In this document: in pieces, positions 33,945 to 37,917 of the stretch | Layout of the letters: each line of letters opens with the position of its first letter | How positions within the stretch are numbered: position 1 is the stretch's first letter | Virus record (IMG/VR): IMGVR_UViG_3300010273_000004 | Coordinates: 1 to 37,917 of that record | Length of the DNA stretch: 37,917 nt | Direction: 5' to 3' (one strand) | Source of the DNA: a virus | Taxonomy: Duplodnaviria > Caudoviricetes | Made by a program: the position numbers and the translations under genes | The notes under the pieces: generated by a model | Database searches by the model: none | Told to the model about the DNA's origin: nothing | The model's input: only the letters and a program-made list of their open reading frames with translations

Positions 33945-34441
33945 GAGGCATACTGATCAACAGCACGACATTGGGAGGCAGGACATACACTTACAGGGAC
34001 ATAACGAAAGGTATCATCGCGTGCGGCTTCCCGCAGGACAAATTTTACGGCGGCCGCGTGACCAGGTTCGGCAAGACCGAGAACGGTCTGCTCATCTGCC
34101 TGGATGGCGATTATGAGACGACTATCGATATCTTTGTCGACTTCTCAACCCTGGATGATCTCGACACGAAAACGCTTCGCGCGATCGCGGAAGTGGTGAG
34201 ACAAAGGAAACTGATTTATACGCCGGCAAAAGAGATGGCCGCAGCGGAGAAGGCGCTGGCCATACCGAAGGAAAAGAAGGACCTGGCCGCATACATCCAG
34301 AAGCATGCCATTGGCATCATATCGAATGAGCCGGATCCGCCCCGGGGACAGGATAAGGATGAAGGGCAGCATGAAGATCCCGGAGGAAAGAATCCTGGCA
34401 AAGAGGATCCTGACGACGACGATGGGGACGAAACCGAATAA
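33941..34441 (+). CDS. Hypothetical protein (possible Rho-N/HeH-like helix pair)
   Basis: LDDLDTKTLRAIA...KKDL..YI; acidic tail. Confidence 0.6.
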   Translation: MRGILINSTTLGGRTYTYRDITKGIIACGFPQDKFYGGRVTRFGKTENGLLICLDGDYETTIDIFVDFSTLDDLDTKTLRAIAEVVRQRKLIYTPAKEMAAAEKALAIPKEKKDLAAYIQKHAIGIISNEPDPPRGQDKDEGQHEDPGGKNPGKEDPDDDDGDETE

Positions 34442-34459
34442 GGCGTACAGCGCATGAAG

Positions 34460-34483
34460 GGAGCCAGACGGCTCCTTTTTTTT
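34460..34483 (+). terminator. Rho-independent terminator
   Basis: GGAGCC-AGAC-GGCTCC followed by T8. Confidence 0.85.
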
Positions 34484-34510
34484 ACTGCTTTTTTTGACCC
34501 ATGTTACAAT
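34480..34510 (+). promoter_or_regulatory. Putative late promoter, copy 4 (scaffold/capsid)
   Basis: TTTTACTGCT-N12-TGTTACAAT. Confidence 0.6.
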
Positions 34511-34640
34511 GAACTTGAAAGCAGGGCAAACCTGCACCGAGCGAGTAAACGCTGCGAAATAATCCGTACACTGAGGGCCACGATACGGCTACTCTCTGAG
34601 GGATGAAAACCCTACCAAAAAATCAAAGGAGTGTGTTTCC

Positions 34641-35657
34641 ATGATACTTGACAACACCTATATGCACGGAGAATATTCAGGGATCAGGTCGATCAACCTG
34701 CAACTGTTCGGCGCAAAAAAGAAGGATAAGCTCGATCTCAGCACTGATGATCTCAAGAAACTGAGCGGTGAGCTCGAGAACGACGATGATGATGACGACG
34801 ATGACGATGATTTTGCCGACGACGACCAGGACGAAGATCTCGACGATGATGATGGCCAGGACAACGCCGACGAAGATGACGATGATGATGACGTCGAGGA
34901 CATAGAAGAGGACGCAGATGATGACGAAGATGACGACGAAGAGGAAGATGCCGACGAAGAGGAAGATGACGACGAGGGCGATGAAGATGACGAGGAAGAG
35001 TCCGACGACCAGGACGGCGGGAAAGCTGCAGGCAAGGGTAAAAAGTCCGACACCAGCCAGAAGCGGAAGGACAAAAAGGTCAGCGCTATAATTGCGCTGA
35101 AGCAGGAAAACAAGCAGCTGAAGTCTCGGCTGGATGCTCTCGAAAGAGCGCAACGCAGCAGGGAGTATGAGACCGAAGAGGACAGACTGGCCGCCAAATA
35201 TGAGGCTGAGCTCATCGAGGACGGCCTCGACGAGGAGAAGGCCAAGAAGAGGGCCCGCATGATGGCCAAGAACGAGATCGAAGCCATGAGGGCGCTGGAC
35301 CGTGATCTCGAGATCCAGGTCGAACGCCTCGAGGAAAAGGGATATACAGATATCCGTAGCAAGCTCTCGATTCTGAAGCCGATCGTCGAAAAAACAGATC
35401 TGACCTTGGAAGAGGCATATAGGGCAAAGTACGGTGAGCCCAAGGGCAAAGCTGCCAAGACAAGGGAAGAGCAGCTGAGGCTCCTGGAAAAGAAGAAGGT
35501 GTCGAAGAAGGCGGCCGCTACGGCGGGTACGACAAAGGCCCCGGAGAAGATAACCTTTTCAAAGCGCAACGAAAGGATCTTCAAAGAGATGCGCAAGATG
35601 GATCCGACGCTCACCCGGAAAAAGTTCGCATCGATAATGGCCGACTTCGAAGACTGA
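34641..35657 (+). CDS. Capsid scaffolding protein with a Prp-type N-terminal cleavage motif
   Basis: INLQLFGAKKK at aa 18-28, long D/E tract, coiled coil, TLEEAY; lies between portal and capsid. Confidence 0.8.
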   Translation: MILDNTYMHGEYSGIRSINLQLFGAKKKDKLDLSTDDLKKLSGELENDDDDDDDDDDFADDDQDEDLDDDDGQDNADEDDDDDDVEDIEEDADDDEDDDEEEDADEEEDDDEGDEDDEEESDDQDGGKAAGKGKKSDTSQKRKDKKVSAIIALKQENKQLKSRLDALERAQRSREYETEEDRLAAKYEAELIEDGLDEEKAKKRARMMAKNEIEAMRALDRDLEIQVERLEEKGYTDIRSKLSILKPIVEKTDLTLEEAYRAKYGEPKGKAAKTREEQLRLLEKKKVSKKAAATAGTTKAPEKITFSKRNERIFKEMRKMDPTLTRKKFASIMADFED

Positions 35658-35693
35658 TCAACTCCATGTAAGCGACAGAAAGGAGAGGATTGC

Positions 35694-36092
35694 ATGGAAA
35701 TCGTACAGGGCGGCTACACGATACGCAAGATGGTGGCTGGATCCGGCGGAGGTTCAAAGGGCGCTGTTGCAGTTGTCTCCAGCGGTACTGCGGTTAAGGC
35801 TACGACGAATCCTTCTGCAGGAACGGTACTCGGCATTTTCGCAGAGGACGCAAGCGCCGGTGGCACCGCATATATCGCTGTACCGGACGCAAACGCAATC
35901 ATAAGGACGCCGTATGACACCGATAATTCGGCAACCCTGGATGACGACGACCTCGGCACAGCGTTTGCGCTCGCGGACGAGGAATCGGTCGACATTGACG
36001 AAACATCCAATGGCGTCGCAGTGTGCCAGGGTTATGACAACGACAACGGAACCATCGACTTTGTGTTCACTAAGGCAGCGATGTACTGGTGA
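35694..36092 (+). CDS. Probable capsid decoration/cement protein
   Basis: Gly/Ala/Val-rich beta protein (KGAVAVVSSG..VKA...VLGIFAE) just before the capsid gene. Confidence 0.6.
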   Translation: MEIVQGGYTIRKMVAGSGGGSKGAVAVVSSGTAVKATTNPSAGTVLGIFAEDASAGGTAYIAVPDANAIIRTPYDTDNSATLDDDDLGTAFALADEESVDIDETSNGVAVCQGYDNDNGTIDFVFTKAAMYW

Positions 36093-36139
36093 TCACAAAC
36101 GGACCTCCCATACTACGAAAGAAAGGAGACTGATGAGGC

Positions 36140-37042
36140 GTGGCAATGAGACGATCTGACATCGCCCGCATGCTCGCAGCTGGCCAGGCGAAGATCTTCA
36201 GGGACAACCTGAAACCGGCCAAAAAAGAGCAGTGGAGATGGTGCAGTACAATAACGAAGTCCAACAAGGCCCAGGAAACCTATGACTCCATAGGCAACCT
36301 GAAGCCGGCACATGTCAAGGAAGAGGAAGAAAGCATCCAGTACGGCAAGCTGGAGCAGGCATATCAGACGGTCGTCGTCAACAAGACCTACGCGAACGGT
36401 TACTGGTTCAGCATGGAAGTTGAAGAGGACGATCTGTATGCCGTTGTCGACGAGGGCCAGCAGAAGGAACTACCGAGGACGATGCAGTCCAGAAGGGAAC
36501 AGGACATAGCTGAAGTATGGGACAGCGTGTTCACCGATGTCGGTGCTGACGGCGTGCCGTATGCGAGTGCAATCCATCCTCTCAAGAACTGCCCCGGCAA
36601 GTATAATGACAACCTGGCCGACAACGTTCCGCCGTCACCGGATGCACTGATCAACGCGGCCAACAAGTTCAACCACATCTATCGCCACAATGGCGAGCTT
36701 ATGGACACCGACGCGACGGCCATCCTGTATCACAAAGACAAGATGGCGATCTGGCAGGCAATATTCGCATCAGCGTTGAAAGCCGGAGAACTGTCCAACA
36801 CCAAGAACACTGTTCCGGTGCTGAGGCAGATCTGGAACAAGTACATCAACCAGTCGTACTACCACCTGATCGATGAGGAGATCGAGTCGGTCATCATGCA
36901 GATCAGGAGAGGCTTCAAGTACAACTACTGGGTCGACAAGAAGGACACGCTGAACACCTACTTCAACGTGACCGAGAGACGTAGGGCTGCACATATCAAC
37001 CCGGGCTTCGGACATGTATCCAGTAAGGGCGGCGCTGCGTAA
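36140..37042 (+). CDS. Major capsid protein
   Basis: 300 aa; K.E.E.I.YG, TYA.G..S.E..EDDLY, GADG.P..S..HP (Mu gpT-like HK97 fold); followed by a terminator. Confidence 0.85.
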   Translation: MAMRRSDIARMLAAGQAKIFRDNLKPAKKEQWRWCSTITKSNKAQETYDSIGNLKPAHVKEEEESIQYGKLEQAYQTVVVNKTYANGYWFSMEVEEDDLYAVVDEGQQKELPRTMQSRREQDIAEVWDSVFTDVGADGVPYASAIHPLKNCPGKYNDNLADNVPPSPDALINAANKFNHIYRHNGELMDTDATAILYHKDKMAIWQAIFASALKAGELSNTKNTVPVLRQIWNKYINQSYYHLIDEEIESVIMQIRRGFKYNYWVDKKDTLNTYFNVTERRRAAHINPGFGHVSSKGGAA

Positions 37043-37066
37043 GCGACGGAAAGTAAACACACGAGT

Positions 37067-37102
37067 GAAAAGGGGACGGGACCCTGTGCCCATCCCCTTT
37101 TT
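37067..37102 (+). terminator. Terminator after the capsid gene
   Basis: AAAAGGGGAcGGG...CCCaTCCCCTTTT. Confidence 0.75.
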
Positions 37103-37121
37103 CAAAAAGGAGTGATCTGAT

Positions 37122-37469
37122 TTGCCGAATCTCATAGATCCTATTAAATTCAATAACAACCCTGCCGTCGTACCGATCACGGTATGCGGCTCGTTCGACA
37201 ACACGACAGTTAAGGTCGGCAAATTTCCGGGGAACGGAAAGATAGTAGGAGTGTCATTTGCCACAGGTGAAGCGCTTGGCGCATCGGCCGGGATCGATGT
37301 CAAGGTCGGGAACTCTGTAGTCACAAGCTGCTCGAACAACCTGAACGGCTATGAACTCAAGACCGCTAACCAGGACATTACGGCTGATGACGAAATATCC
37401 GTAGTATTTGACGACTTCACCAACGCAACACAGTGCGTCGTCATCATCTACGTGCAGCAGTTACCGTAA
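37122..37469 (+). CDS. Probable virion structural protein (beta-rich)
   Basis: 115 aa after the capsid gene; SD AAGGAG. Confidence 0.6.
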   Translation: MPNLIDPIKFNNNPAVVPITVCGSFDNTTVKVGKFPGNGKIVGVSFATGEALGASAGIDVKVGNSVVTSCSNNLNGYELKTANQDITADDEISVVFDDFTNATQCVVIIYVQQLP

Positions 37470-37526
37470 CCAAGGGGCAGCAATGCCCCTTTTGGCTTTG
37501 CAAATAATACCGGGGAGGGTTTATAT

Positions 37527-37718
37527 ATGCAGTTCACAATAAAACGGACCAACCTTGCAAAAGGGACAGTTGAGTATATCGGCACTGAAGCGGACATGGC
37601 TGCAAATAAATCAGCCGGCGAATTCGGCAACCCGTTTGATACGTTCACAACATATGATGACGAGAACAACATAACGGGCGTATATGTTTCGACCGGCCAG
37701 GCTTGGCTGAAGTACTGA
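37527..37718 (+). CDS. Small virion-associated protein
   Basis: 63 aa ending YVSTGQAW; SD GGGGAGG. Confidence 0.6.
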   Translation: MQFTIKRTNLAKGTVEYIGTEADMAANKSAGEFGNPFDTFTTYDDENNITGVYVSTGQAWLKY

Positions 37719-37733
37719 TCCGGGGGTGGAGTC

Positions 37734-37917
37734 ATGGAAACAGATCGGGTTTTAGGAATTTTATCAGGTGTTAAGCGGCAATTGGCACAAATTGCGAACT
37801 ATTCTACCGTCGCAGCAGCGGCAAATGTTTACACAATCGACTTTGCAAACAGTCCTGTTAAAAATGTAAAAATTGAAACCGAAGATTCCAACGCAAAAAC
37901 AGTTGTACTTACCAATG
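37734..37917 (+). CDS. Probable structural/fibre protein, truncated by the window end
   Basis: METDRVLGILSGVKRQLAQIANYSTVAAAANVYTIDFANS..., open to the end. Confidence 0.55.
   Translation, partial: METDRVLGILSGVKRQLAQIANYSTVAAAANVYTIDFANSPVKNVKIETEDSNAKTVVLTN

Larger units (their letters stand above)
1..37917. mobile_element. Temperate podovirus-like phage, excised/circular configuration
   Basis: Lysis-attP-int-cI/cro-replication-packaging-head order with no host genes; P22-like portal and ejection-type proteins; no tape measure gene seen. Confidence 0.9.

Noticed and set aside
34520-34535. c-di-GMP-I riboswitch (CAGGGCAAACC)
   Set aside because: The following GAAA tetraloop, GACGCAAAG and P3 elements are absent

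Overview
Most of the genome of a temperate, podovirus-like phage of a Bacillota (probably Clostridia) host. It is seen in its excised or circular gene order: ejection/internal virion proteins (277-6437), lysis (6501-7990), an intact attP-like inverted repeat (about 8012-8069), a large serine integrase, a LexA-controlled micro-ORF, and a cI/cro switch. A long rightward early operon follows, with a pseudo-ACP, structured ncRNAs, an SSAP-like protein, SbcD/SbcC, an initiator with iteron origin, DUF1064, 3D, J-domain and ParB-like proteins. Late genes come last: TerS, TerL, P22-like portal, acidic scaffold, decoration protein and major capsid. Most notable observations: (i) a 205-nt tRNA-like RNA whose anticodon loop is replaced by a roughly 120-nt pseudoknot-capable, ORF-containing insert, lying between an acyl-carrier-protein mimic lacking its phosphopantetheine Ser and a second rod-shaped RNA; (ii) ribosomal-protein-L27-type Prp cleavage motifs (INLQLF|A/G) in the scaffold and in the middle of the 1543-aa ejection protein; (iii) a perfect LexA box controlling a 38-aa ORF next to a repressor that has no autoprotease domain; (iv) a conserved late-promoter motif, TTTTASYGST-N12-TGnTAnnAT, in front of four late modules; (v) two short antisense sRNA cassettes. 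All functional calls come from motif reading only; no searches were run.
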